Assembly (NCBI GenBank): GCA_038087875.1
Contig: CM075993.1
Coordinates: 932,001 to 996,000, forward strand
DNA from: Malacoraja senta
Lineage: Eukaryota
Length of the DNA: 64,000 bases
Direction: 5' to 3'
A model generated the notes under the pieces. It was given only the letters and a program-made list of their open reading frames with translations. It was not told the DNA's origin and did not search any database. Every line of letters starts with the position of its first letter. Position 1 is the first letter of the stretch. Of the stretch, positions 50,131 through 62,129 are shown one piece after another. The translations under genes were made by a program, and so were the position numbers.

Positions 50131-52993
50131 ATAAGGGGGGTGGGGTGTCGAATGGGATAGTGGAGGATGGAGTTAAAGGGAAAGGGTTTCTTAAATGTGT
50201 GAGCATAGAGACAGAGGGGTGTAAAATGAGGGTAGAAGCAATACGTAGCAAGGTGAAAAGTAAAAGTGGCAGGCAGACAAAACCAGGGCAAAAATCAAAA
50301 AGGGCCACTTTTCAACATAATTGTATAAGGGGTAAGAGTGTTGTAAAAACAAGCCTGAAGGCTTTGTGTCTCAATGCAAGGAGCATTCGTAATAAGGTGG
50401 ATGAGTTGAATGTGCAGATAGCTATTAATGACTGTGATATAGTTGGGATCACGGAGACATGGCTCCAGGGTGACCAAGGCTGGGAGCTGAACATCCAGGG
50501 ATATTCAATATTCAGGAGGGATAGACAGAAAGGGAAAGGAGGTGGGGTAGCGTTGCTGGTTAGAGAGCAGATTAACGCAATGGAAAGGAAGGACATTAGT
50601 TTCGAGGATGTGAAATCGATATGGGTAGAGCTGCGAAACACTAAGGGGCAGAAAACGCTGGTGGGTGTTGTGTACAGGCCACCTAACAGTAGTAGTGAAG
50701 TTGGGGATGGTATCAAACAGAAAATTAGAAATGCGTGCAACAAAGGCAAAACAGTTATAATGGGTGACTTCAATCTACATATAGATTGGGTGAATCAAAT
50801 TGGCAGGGGTGCTGAGGAAGAGGATTTCTTGGAATGTATGCGGGATAGTTATCTAAACCAACATGTAGAGGAACCAACGAGAGAGCAGGCTATTTTAGAC
50901 TGGGTATTGAGTAATGAGGAAGGGTTAGTTAGCAGTCTTGTTGTGCATGCCCCCTTGGGCAAGAGTGACCATAATATGGTTGAGTTCTTCATTAGGATGG
51001 AGAGTGACATTGTTAATTCAGAAACAATGGTTCTGAACTTAAAGAAAGTTAACTTTGAGGGTATGAGACGTGAATTGGCCAAGATTGACTGGCAATTAAT
51101 TCTAAAAGGGTTGACGGTGTATATGCAATGGAAGACATTTAAAGACTGCATGGATGAACTACAAAAATTGTTCATCCCAGTTTGGCAAAAGAATAAATCA
51201 GGGAAGGTAGTGCATCCGTGGATAACAAGGGAAATCAGGGATGGTATCAAAGCGAAGGATGATGCGTACAAATTAGCCAGAAAAAGCAGCATACCGGAGG
51301 ACTAGGAGAAATTCAGAGACCAGCAGAGGAGGACAAAGGGCTTAATTAGGAAAGGAAAAATAGATTATGAAAGAAAACTGGCAGGGAACATAAAAACTGA
51401 CTGCAAAAGCTTTTATAGATATGTGAAAAGAAAGAGATTAGTTAAAACAAATGTAGGTCCCTTGCAGTCAGAAACAGGTGAGTTGATCATGGGGAACAAG
51501 GATATGGCGGACCAATTGAATAACTACTTTGGTTCCGTCTTCACTAAGGAAGACATAAATAATCTGCCGGAAATAGCAGGGGACCGCGGGTCAAAGGAGT
51601 TGGAGGAATTGAGTGAAATCCAGGTTAGTCGGGAAGTGGTGTTGGGTAAATTGAATGGATTAAAGGCCGATAAATCCCCAGGGCCAGATAGGCTGCATCC
51701 CAGAGTACTTAAGGAAGTAGCTCCAGAAATAGTGGATGCATTAGTAATAATCTTTCAAAACTCTTCAGATTCTGGAGTAGTTCCTGAGGATTGGAGGGTA
51801 GCAAACGTAACCCCACTTTTTAAGAAGGGATGGAGAGAGAAAACGGGGAATTACAGATCAGTTAGTCTAACATCGGTAGTGGGGAAACTGCTAGAGTCAG
51901 TTATTAAAGATGGGATAGCAGCACATTTGGAAAGTGGTGAAATCATTGGACAAAGTCAGCATGGATTTACGAAAGGTAAATCGTGTCTGACGAATCTTAT
52001 AGAATTTTTCGAGGATGTAACTAGTAGCGTGGATAGGGGAGAACCAGTGGATGTGGTGTATCTGGACTTCCAGAAGGCTTTCGACAAGGTCCCACATAAG
52101 AGATTAGGATACAAACTTAAATCACATGGCATTGGGGGTTCAGTATTGATGTGGATAGAGAATTGGCTGGCAAACAGGAAGCAAAGAGTAGGAGTAAACG
52201 GGTCCTTTTCACAATGGCAGGCAGTGACTAGTGGGGTACCGCAAGGCTCAGTGCTGGGACCCCAGCTATTTACAATATATATTAATGAACTGGATGAGGG
52301 AATTGAAGGCAATATCTCCAAGTTTGCGGATGACACTAAGCTGGGGGGCAGTGTTAGCTGTGAGGAGGATGCTAGGAGACTGCAAGGTGACTTGGATAGG
52401 CTGGGTGAGTGGGCAAATGTTTGGCAGATGCAGTATAATGTGGATAAATGTGAGGTTATCCATTTTGGTGGCAAAAACAGGAAAGCAGACTATTATCTAA
52501 ATGGTGGCCGACTAGGAAAAGGGGAGATGCAGCGAGACCTGGGTGTCATGGTACACCAGTCATTGAAAGTAGGCATGCAGGTGCAGCAGGCAGTGAAGAA
52601 AGCGAATGGTATGTTAGCTTTCATAGCAAAAGGATTTGAGTATAGGAGCAGGGAGGTTCTACTGCAGTTGTACAGGGTCTTGGTGAGACCACACCTGGAG
52701 TATTGCGTACAGTTTTGGTCTCCAAATCTGAGGAAGGACATTATTGCCATAGAGGGAGTGCTGTTGTTGGGGAAGTCCAGGACAAGGGGTCACAGCTTAA
52801 GGATAAGGGGGAAATCCTTTAAAACCGAGATGAGAAGAACTTTTTTCACACAGAGAGTGGTGAATCTCTGGAACTCTCTGCCCAGAGGGTAGTCGAGGCC
52901 AGTTCATTGGCTATATTTAAGAGGGAGTTAGATGTGGCCCTTGTGGCTAAAGGGATCAGAGGGTATGGAGAGAAGGCAGGTACGGGATACTGA
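50131..52993 (+). pseudogene. CR1 ORF2 (APE endonuclease plus reverse transcriptase) with disabling lesions
   Basis: Motifs LNARSI, ITETWL, YRPP, MGDFN, SDH, KSPGPD, DFQKAFD, GVPQGSVLGP, FADD. In-frame TAG at 51303-51305, an internal deletion near 52761 and a 1-bp deletion near 52882. Confidence 0.92.
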
Positions 52994-53110
52994 GTTGGAT
53001 GATCAGCCATGATCATATTGAATGGCGGTGCAGGCTCGAAGGGCCGAATGGCCTACTCATGCACCTAATTTCTATGTTTCTCTGTTGCTGAAGGACTACA
53101 GGAATATTTA

Positions 53111-53263
53111 AGAAACAACTGCAGATGCTGGAAAAATTGAAGGTAGACAAAAATGCTGGAGAAACTCAGCGGGTGGGGCAGCATCTGTGGAGCCGAAACG
53201 TCATGTATTCCTTCGCTCCATAGATGCTGCCTCACCCGCTGAGTTTCTCCAACATTTTTGTCC
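53111..53263. mobile_element. Penelope-derived element with inverted arms and a perfect 13-bp TSD
   Basis: ACAGGAATATTTA at 53098-53110 and 53264-53276. Confidence 0.82.
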
Positions 53264-53589
53264 ACAGGAATATTTAGTTTTGTTTAGAAATACAGCATGG
53301 ACACAGGCCCTTCGGCCCACCAAGTCCATGCTGACCATCGATCACCCATTCACACTAGTTTTATGCTCTCCCACTTTCCATAGCCAGACAGGGCAAACGT
53401 CTGGACAAATACTGAATCACATGGTGCAACCAATGCAAACGTCCACAGTAGATCATAGTTGCTCTAGTACGATGGATAGTGGTTAGTGTTGTGCAGTGTT
53501 CAAGACCCTGATGGTGGTTTGGTAGAAGCTGTTCTTGAACCTGGAGGTCACAGTAGTTTTATTTTATCCCTCTTCCTCAGACACTTGCT

Positions 53590-53770
53590 ACACACAAGGG
53601 GCAATTTATAGAGGACCGATTAACCTCTAAACCTGCACGCCTTTGGGATGTGGGAGGAAACCGGAGTAAACCTAGACATGAAGAGTGTGCAAACTCCACA
53701 CAGACAGCACCCGAGCTCAGGATGTAACCTGGATCTCTGGTGCTGTGAGTCAGCAGTTGTACTGTGCCAC
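53590..53770 (-). mobile_element. HE1-like V-SINE 5' part (tail near 53272-53380, with a Rex-like fragment between)
   Basis: V-domain reverse complement TTTGGGATGTGGGAGGAAACCGGAG...TGCAAACTCCACACAGACAGCACC. Confidence 0.7.
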
Positions 53771-53866
53771 CCTACATCTCTTCCAGAAAGCTGTAACCGT
53801 TTCTCGAGCTGGGATGGGTGAAGGTTGGAGAACACGAGGGATTTCTTCTTTACCAAAAGAAGGCAA

Positions 53867-56800
53867 AAAGAAGATAAATGATACACCAGGTACCTCACCT
53901 TCTTTAATATGGGAAACTTTTAAAGCATTTATTAGAGGAATTATAATTTCATATGAAATTTTTCAAAATAAGAAGAATAAAACTGAACAGATGCTGTTAG
54001 AACAAGAAATAAGACAGTTAGAGTTAGATAATGCTAAAGATCCCACTATAGATAAACATAATAAGATAATACTACTGAAATTTAAACTTAACCGAATTCT
54101 CTCGGCAAGAGTAATAAGATTATTCCAAATTACAAAACAGGAACATTTTGAGTTTGGTGACAAACCACATAAGCTGTTGGCGCGTCAATTGAAAAAACAG
54201 GAAAAGGAAAATACTATAAATAAAATTAAATCTGAGAATGGTGAATTACTAACACTACCTAAAGATATCAATAAAAGATTTGTTCAATTTTATCAGAATT
54301 TATACACATCAAAAACCAAAACAGAAGATAGTAAAATTACAAATTTTTTAGATAAATGTAATCTACCAAAACTTGACCTTTTGGAACAAGAAGAACCAGG
54401 AGCGCAAATTACAATCGAAGAAATAGGTGAAACAATAAAATTGCTGAAAAATGGTAAGACACCGGGACCAGATGGTTTTAGTAATGAATTTTATAAAAAG
54501 TTTCATGAGATAACGACCCCCTATCTATTTAATTTATATACTCACGTTTTTAAAGAAAATAAATTACCTGAAACATTAGCAGAATCAACTATTACGCTTA
54601 TTCCAAAGAAAGATAAAGATCTAGAGGAACCGGGTTCATATAGAGCTATATCACTTCTAAATACCGACCAGAAAATTCTAGCAAAGACCTTAGCTAGAAG
54701 ACTAAGCAAATATATTAGTAAATTGATAAACCCTGATCAAACGGGGTTTATACCCAAAAGATATTCATTTAATAATTTGAGACGCCTGTTTAATATAATG
54801 TACTCACATAAAAAGGAAGAAAAAGACTTAGCAATTAGTTCTTTGGACGCAGAGAAAGCATTTGATCAGGTAGAATGGCAGTATTTATACATAGTATTAC
54901 AAAAATTTAATATGGGAGAGAATTTTATTGCATGGGTGAAATTATTATATGATAAACCGATGGCAAGAATATTAACCAACAGCATGTTATCTCAAAAATT
55001 TCAATTATCAAGGGGTAATAGGCAGGGATGTGCTTTATCACCCCTGCTATTTGCCCTTATGATAGAACCTCTGGCTGAAAGTATAAGAAGCCATCCGAAT
55101 ATTCAGGGTTATAATACTAGGGACTCAAATAATAAAATTTCATTGTATGCAGACGATATTTTGTTATATATAACAAATTCACAAATGAGTATACCAAATT
55201 TATTAAATTTAATAGAGGAATTTGGGTCCTTTTCAGGATATAGAATAAATTGGAACAAAAGTGAAATTATGACGTTAAAACCTCAAGAATCCATACACTT
55301 ATTGAAATTCCCCTTTAAAATAGCAACAGAAAAATTCAAATATCTGGGTATACAGATTACTAGAAAACATAAAGCTTTATTCAACGCTAATTTTATACCC
55401 TTAATAAATAAACTTAATATAATGATAAAATTTTGGAAAACACTCCCTTTATCATTAATAGGCAGAATAAATGCTATTAAAATGAGCTTCTTACCACAGT
55501 TATTATACTTATTTCAATCTATACCAGTATATGTACCAAAATATTTCTTCTCTAAACTGAATGCTAATATTACTAATTTTGTTTGGGATTACAAATCACA
55601 TAGAATTAAAAAAGAACACTTATGTAAACCAAAAGATGTCGGGGGACTTTCACTCCCTAATTTTCTGTATTACTATTGGGCAATACATATTAAGAATATA
55701 ATTTACTGGTTGGATAGTTCAACTCAACAGACAGAATGGATAAAAATGGAGAAAGAGGATTGTTATCCTTGTAATATAGGAACAATCCTCTTCTCCCCGA
55801 AAAAAATGAACAATACAATATATAAGAAAAACCCAATTATACAAGATACAATAAGAATATGGAAACAAATAAAACTATCCTTAAAATTAAGAAACCTATC
55901 ATTGTTAACACCGATAGCGAATAATCCTTTATTTAAACCATCTATGATGGATAAAATATATAATCAATGGGAAAGTTTAGGAATTAAAAGGATCGGGGAT
56001 ATGTATGAAATGGGAGATTTATTATCATTTCAACAATTACAATTAAAATTTTAACTGAAAAACACTCATTATTTTAAATATTTTCAGATTTGTAATTTTT
56101 TGAAATACATACAGGGATATCAAAAAATAACTCCTGATTTACTAGAAGAAGTAATGAATATAAAAGCTGATACACAAAAATTAATAGCATATTTATATAA
56201 TAGTATCTTAAATATAGATTTACCTGTGACCGAGGTAATTAGAGAAGAGTGGGAACGGGAATTATTGATAAAAATTACGAAGGCTACATGGGAAAAGTAT
56301 TTGACATACATTCACAAGTGTTCGATTAACGCAAGACATAATCTAATCCAATTTAAAATTTTACATAGATTATATTACTCAAAAACAAGATTAAATAAAT
56401 TTTATCCAAATATATCGCCCATTTGCGATAAATGTTTAATCCAAGAAGCAACTATAACACACTCTTTTGTTTCTTGTATAAAACTTCATGGATTTTGGAG
56501 TGATATTTTCGAAATATTTACAAAATTATTTAAGACAAAAATGGAACCCAATAATGAATTGATTATATTTGGGGTAATGGAAGACGGGAACAAATTGAGC
56601 TCATCTCAAAAGTCAATTTTTAATTATGGTTTAATAATAGCAAAAAAATTAATATTGAAATTTTGGAAAAATACACCAATACCAACGCTCAAAATGTGGA
56701 TTGCAAGTATGTTGGATACCGCACATCTTGAGGAAATGCGATTCCTCCTAATAGATAAATTTGACCAATTCATAACGAGTTGGTCTCCATTTGTCGTCTT

Positions 56801-57144
56801 TTTGGAAACGTATGGTGCAAAACAGGTGTAAAAGCTAATCCGTGACTGCGGATGGTCAAGATTATAAATGATCTCCTTCTATTTTCTTTTCTTCTTTTCT
56901 TTTCATTTATTCTCTTTCTTCTATTTTCTATGTCTCAACTTTCTTATTTCATTCTTTATTTTTCTTTTTCACACACTATATATCTCACATTTTTCTATTT
57001 TTCATTATCTAACTTTTTTCTTTTTCTTCTTTATTTCAAAAATTTTTTTAAATAAGAAGCTGTACATAAAAGGTATTATGAAAATATGATTGTATACAAT
57101 TGTACTTACTTCTAATAAAATAAAAATATTAAAAAAAAAAAAAA
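53867..57144 (+). mobile_element. Young 5'-truncated L1-clade LINE with polyA tail and 12-bp TSD
   Basis: TSD AAAAGAAGGCAA at 53855-53866 and 57145-57156, AATAAA at 57114-57119, polyA at 57131-57148, A-rich sense strand and T-rich 3' UTR. Confidence 0.95.
53874..56831 (+). pseudogene. L1-clade ORF2 (RT plus C-terminal CCHC), endonuclease missing, one in-frame stop
   Basis: Motifs WETFKAFIRG, GKTPGPDGF, YRAISLLNTDQKIL, LDAEKAFD, RQGCALSPLLF, YADD, SGYRINWNKS, KYLGI, GGLSLPNF, CDKC-x8-H-x4-C. ORFs 53685-56054 and 56100-56831 share a frame across the TAA at 56052-56054. Confidence 0.93.
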
Positions 57145-57160
57145 AAAAGAAGGCAAGTTT

Positions 57161-57455
57161 GGTGGCGCAGCGGTAGAGTTGCTGCCTTACAGCGCTTACA
57201 GCGCCAGAGACCCGGGTTCGATCCCGACTACGGGTGCTGTCTGTATGGAGTTTGCATGCTCTCTCCGTGACCTGCGTGGCTTTTCTCCGAGATCTTCGGT
57301 TTCCTCCCACACTCCAAAGACGTACGGGTTTGTAGGTTAAATGACTTGGTATAAATATAAAATTGTCCCGAGTGTATGTCGGGGATCGCTGGTCGGCGCG
57401 GACCCGGTGGGCTGCAGGGCCTGTTTCCACGCTGTATCTCTAAACTAAACTAAAT
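57161..57455 (+). mobile_element. HE1-like V-SINE, full length
   Basis: GGTGGCGCAGCGGTAGAG, GGTTCGATCCC, V-domain and CTAAACTAAACTAAA tail. Confidence 0.88.
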
Positions 57456-58109
57456 TATTGTGCCTAGTTCAAGGTATGGGTTGGTTTTAGACTCCTGGAT
57501 TGGATTTACTTGCCTTTGGTCTAGGTCAGACACATCTCCACATTCTTTGCTTCAATTAGTTGGGCTTTACTCTCTCTGCCTGGTTTTGTTTCTCCAGCAA
57601 GGTTATTATGTAAGGTTTTTACAGACAGGTTAGGATGGACAAATCAATGCTTTTTTCCACTCTATCATTTACCATTTCATATCCAGTCTGTTTCTGGAGA
57701 TTCTGCTTCACATCCAACTGTAAATTTCACCACAAACACAGGGACACGACATCAAACAGCACATGTATCACCAGACCACACAGTAACAATGAACTTTGAC
57801 TGGATCATACCCCACTTGTCCCAGCCCTGGGAGTGAGTGTCTGATGAAACATCACTCTTCATTTACCCTTTTCTTCAAACTCTTCCTCTCCACCTCTGGT
57901 AAAAGCTGTGGGAAAAGAGTCCATGTCCCAGTTGCACGCCCACCTCTCCCTCTCCCCGAGCCCCACCTGCAACTGTTCTGTACACTGATTGCACGCAGGT
58001 GTCTCTGATTGATCAGCGGCTGGTGCTGTCCTTGCCCGGGGTGGCCCAGGACAGTGAGGACACAGCTTCTTGCCCTCACGCAGCTGGGCAGCATGACCAC
58101 GAGGGAGAT

Positions 58110-58580
58110 TCAAGAGTGTTTCATTGTCTTATGCATCACCAATGGAAATATTGCATTCCTCCTTGCTGCAGCCTTACAGGTGCATTGACATAATAAAACA
58201 CAGATAAATATGTAACAATAAATAATACATGAATAATATGGGTGATAGCCCGTAGCCAAACGCGGCAAATGTCTGGGCAAATACTGAATTACGTAGAGCA
58301 ACTAATGCAAATGTCCACAGTAGATCATAGTTGCTGAAGTAGGATAGTGGTTAGTGTTGTGCAGTGTTCAAGAGACTGATGGTTGTTGGGAAGAAGCTGT
58401 TCTTCAACCTGGAGGTCACAGTTTTCAGGCCCCTGTACCTTCTTCCCGATGGTAGCAGTGAGATGGGAGAGTGGCCAGGGTGGTGTGGGTCTCTGGTGAT
58501 GCTGGCTGCCTTTTTGAGGCAGCGACTCGTGTAGATCCCTTACGATGGTGGGGAGGTCAGTACCTGTGATGGACTGAGCA
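58110..58580 (-). mobile_element. Rex1/Babar-like LINE 3' end
   Basis: Minus-strand SRCLKKAASITRDPHHPGHSPISLLPSGRRYRGLKTVTSRLKNSFFPT. Confidence 0.75.
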
Positions 58581-58581
58581 A

Positions 58582-58745
58582 GAGCCTGGAGTAACTCAGC
58601 GGGTCAGGCAGCATCTCTGGAGAGAAGGAATGAGTGACGTTTTGGGTCGAGACTCGGAGGGAAGGGTCTCGACCCGACACGTCACCCATTCCTTCTCTCC
58701 AGAGATGTTATCCGTTCCGCTGAATTACTCCAGCATCTTGTGTCT
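58582..58745. mobile_element. Penelope-derived element, head-to-head inverted arms, perfect 13-bp TSD
   Basis: ATGGACTGAGCAA at 58569-58581 and 58746-58758, with two degenerate cores at about 58636-58683. Confidence 0.82.
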
Positions 58746-60454
58746 ATGGACTGAGCAATCTCTACCACTATTGGCAAAATCCTTGATGCCCTGTATTCAT
58801 TTTTGTAATATTTGATCCATTCCGTGGGAGACAGGGCAGTGTGGAAAGGGAGATTGTCTTTGTACAAGCACATGCGGCCCTGCCCTAGGAATGAGACAGT
58901 GAGACAGTGAAGAGGGAACTTTGTTCTGTGTCTAATCAGCTCAGGAAGGGACAATGTTCTATCCTTTAGCATTAACTTCCTATCTTTGATGATGAATGCA
59001 CAACGGCACGAAAAATGAAAGAAGATGGAACAATATCACATCCCGATGAATAAAGTCTCTGGCCCCCCTGCCTCCTCCGACTACAATCTATTATTATTTA
59101 CTCTCTAATAAACATTTGAACTAACCAGGGAGATGATATTGAACAACTGTGGGAAGAATGTTTCCCAGTTCTGCACAGCCTGAATCATTAAAATCCGCTC
59201 TTAATAAAAACTCAATTCTATTCCGTTCTGTTGAGTTGGGTAAAACTAGATGGCCAATGTATTTGGCCAATCTCATCCGTCTGCGACAGAATGAATGAAG
59301 GAGGTGGCCCTGGGCTAACACGGCAATTTGTAAACCGCTTTCCTTGTCGCCAGATTGACAAATAGTTCGGCCCATCAAATTGTCATTTCCAACTCGAGAC
59401 GTCACAGAATTCCTTTTCTTTGCACCAAATGTAGATGGACATCATGACTCTGCGGCAAGATGACTCAAGTAAAATCCCCGCACCTGTGGATATTGAAATG
59501 TTCCTCTTATTTTACATCACAACAGGTTTATTTGTTCTGAGCAAGGTGGGAGGCTGCACATGTCTAAGTCTGGAGCTGTACGTGTAAATTTTCCATGCTG
59601 CTTTGTTCCTCTGGCTGTGTCTTTCTCTCTGAGTCCTCCTCTCTCTCTCTGGGTCTCCACACGCTCCTGCTGGTATTTCTTCCTGGGTTCTGCGTGTCTT
59701 TTTGTGCATCCATCAACCAGTCAGTGTTGTCATCATCTCCATGCTGACAGTTATGTCTTTACCAGTTTGAGTACCTGTTAACGTCACTGCCTGTGTCTCC
59801 AGCCATCTGTGTGAATCCATGTCTCTGCCTGCCCCTGTTCCCGCACATCTTTATTCTCCCATTAACATTACTTTGTGTGTTATTACAACCAAAGAGATAT
59901 TTTTTCTGATTATGTCCCAGTCAGTCTGTGAGTCTCTGGAGTAAATCTAGTTCTCTGCGTCACTCTCTTTATTTGTCTCTGTGCCACATGTCAGCCTTGG
60001 GGTTGCTGAGGATATTTGTGGGTGTGTTAATGTGCATGTACGTCCATGGGCTAATAGGCACAGGGGACACTGCACTGTGAACAACACCCTTGTAACATGC
60101 CAACAAATCCTGCCTCTTGCCAGCTTCACTTCCCTCACTGGTCAAGGGGAGAATTCACCACCTCACAACGGATATGGTCAACCACTCACTCATGCATTGC
60201 TGATACATGCTGGCAGGCCACCACAGGCCAGGTGGTGGTGGGGGGGGGGGGTGGTGGGGGGGTGGTGGGGGTGGGGGGTTAAGCAGGTTCCTTTGTCGTG
60301 GGCAATGTCAAACCTCTAGAGGGTTGTTGAATTTGTAATTATCCAAAGAAGTGGAGAATGTCAACCAGCATTTTGTCTGTGATGGACAAGGTCCAGTAAC
60401 CCCTTAAGTAAACCTTGTTTTCCCTCCATCCCTCCATCCCTCCATCCCTCCCCC

Positions 60455-60693
60455 TTCCCAGTTCTACATTATCCCACTGACCCATCCACACCCTACACAC
60501 TAGGAACAATTTACAGAGGGCCAATTAACCGACGTCTTTGGGATGTGGGAGGAAGCCGGAGCACACGGAGGAAACCCACTCGGTCACACGGAGAACGTGC
60601 AAACTCCACGCAGATAGCACCTGAGGTCAGAATCGAACCTGGATCTCTGGTGCTGTGAGGCAGTGGCTTTACCAGCTGCGCCATTGTGCACCG
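60455..60693 (-). mobile_element. HE1-like V-SINE
   Basis: V-domain and tRNA-like head on the minus strand. Confidence 0.78.
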
Positions 60694-60936
60694 TTAGTTA
60701 TGAAGTGCAATTTACTATCTCAGAGGACGGCGAGTGTTTTGAACTCTTCTTAAAGAGGCAATGAATATTGTTAAGGTGGAGGCAGGTAGAAACTCGATAA
60801 GCAAGGAGGGTGTATTTGGGGAGAGGGATGGGTCTTTGGCAGCCATGCAGAGTTCAGGTTACAGTCATGCAGTCATGGAGTCGTGCAGCACAGGAACAGG
60901 CCCTTCAGCCCATCGTGAGAGCCGGGTTTGATCCCA

Positions 60937-61660
60937 TATAACCATATAACCATATAACCATAACAGCACGGAAACAGGCCATCTCGGCCCTTCAAGTCCG
61001 TGCCGAACATTATTTTTTATTATTATTATTATGTTTTTTTAATTTAAAATAAAATACTTCCCCCTAGTCCCATCTACCTGCACTCAGACCATAACCCTCC
61101 ATTCCTTTCCCGTCCATATACCCATCCAATCTATTTTTAAAGGATAACATCGAACCTGCCTCCACCACTTCCACTGGAAGCTCATTCCACACAGCTACCA
61201 CTCTCTGAGTAAAGAAGTTCCCCCTAATGTTCCCCCTAAACTTCTGTCCCTTAATTCTCAAGTCATGTCCCCTTGTTTGAATCTTCCCTACTCTCAATGG
61301 GAAAAGCTTATCCACGTCCACTCTGTCTAACCCGCTCATAATTTTAAAGACCTCTATCAAGTCCCCTCTTAACCTTCTGCGCTCCAAAGAATAAAGCCCT
61401 AACTTGTTCAACCTTTCTCTGTAACTTAGTTGCTGAAACCCAGGCAACATTCTAGTAAATCTCCTCTGTACTCTCTCTATTTTGTTGACATCCTTCCTAT
61501 AATTAGGCGACCAAAATTGTACTCCATACTCCAGAATTGGCTTCACCAATGCCTTGTACAATTTTAACATTACATCCCAACTTCTATATTCAATGCTCTG
61601 ATTTATAAAGGCCAGCACACCAAAAGCTTTCTTTACCACCCTATCTACATGAGATTCCAC
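60937..61660 (-). mobile_element. CR1 LINE 3' region (third subfamily, (GGTTATAT)n tail)
   Basis: Open ORF 61064-61687 HVDRVVKKAFGVLAFI...LYKALVKPILEYGVQFWSP...LERRRLRGDLIEVFK...AGRWD*. Confidence 0.92.
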
Positions 61661-62129
61661 CAAGTGCTGTCTGTATGGGTGTGACACATACCCACGGAGG
61701 GTGGGGGCTGATCAGGCACTGCAGGCCTCGTTGTATCTGGGTAAACATCTAGTCAGAGAGAGAACTGGCAGACCACACCACAGCTAAACAGTCAGCTTAA
61801 TGTTCCACTCCACGACTGAACTCAAAATTAATATGTGAGTAAATACTTCTGAAATCCATTGGAAAACATATTTTTGTGCTCAGCCAGCTGAGATATGATA
61901 GTGCTGGAAACAGAACATTGTCATTCATTCACCCAGAATCAACATTAAACACTCCGCGTACAACATAGCCTGGCTTCATGGCTCCGCTCTGGCAGTAATC
62001 TGGGGAGTCATTCCCTGAGCACACACACCCACGTCTCCGTCTCCGCCTTCTGTCCTCTCTCACGAGGAGAGTGGTCATTGTGATCCAGGCCCATCAGCAT
62101 TTTCGAACCAAAAGCAAATGGCTGGAGGA

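Larger units (their letters stand above)
49697..53082 (+). mobile_element. Near-complete CR1 LINE (5'-truncated in ORF1), inactivated
   Basis: ORF1 esterase C-half, ORF2 APE plus RT, 3' UTR and TTTCTATG tail, all colinear. Confidence 0.95.

Noticed and set aside
53685..53866. N-terminal extension of the 789-aa RT ORF
   Set aside because: It lies outside the TSD and reads through an antisense SINE and flank, so it is a chance fusion.
57161..57235. tRNA gene
   Set aside because: The A/B-box head continues into the V-SINE body and tail, so it is a SINE head. The same applies to the other copies.
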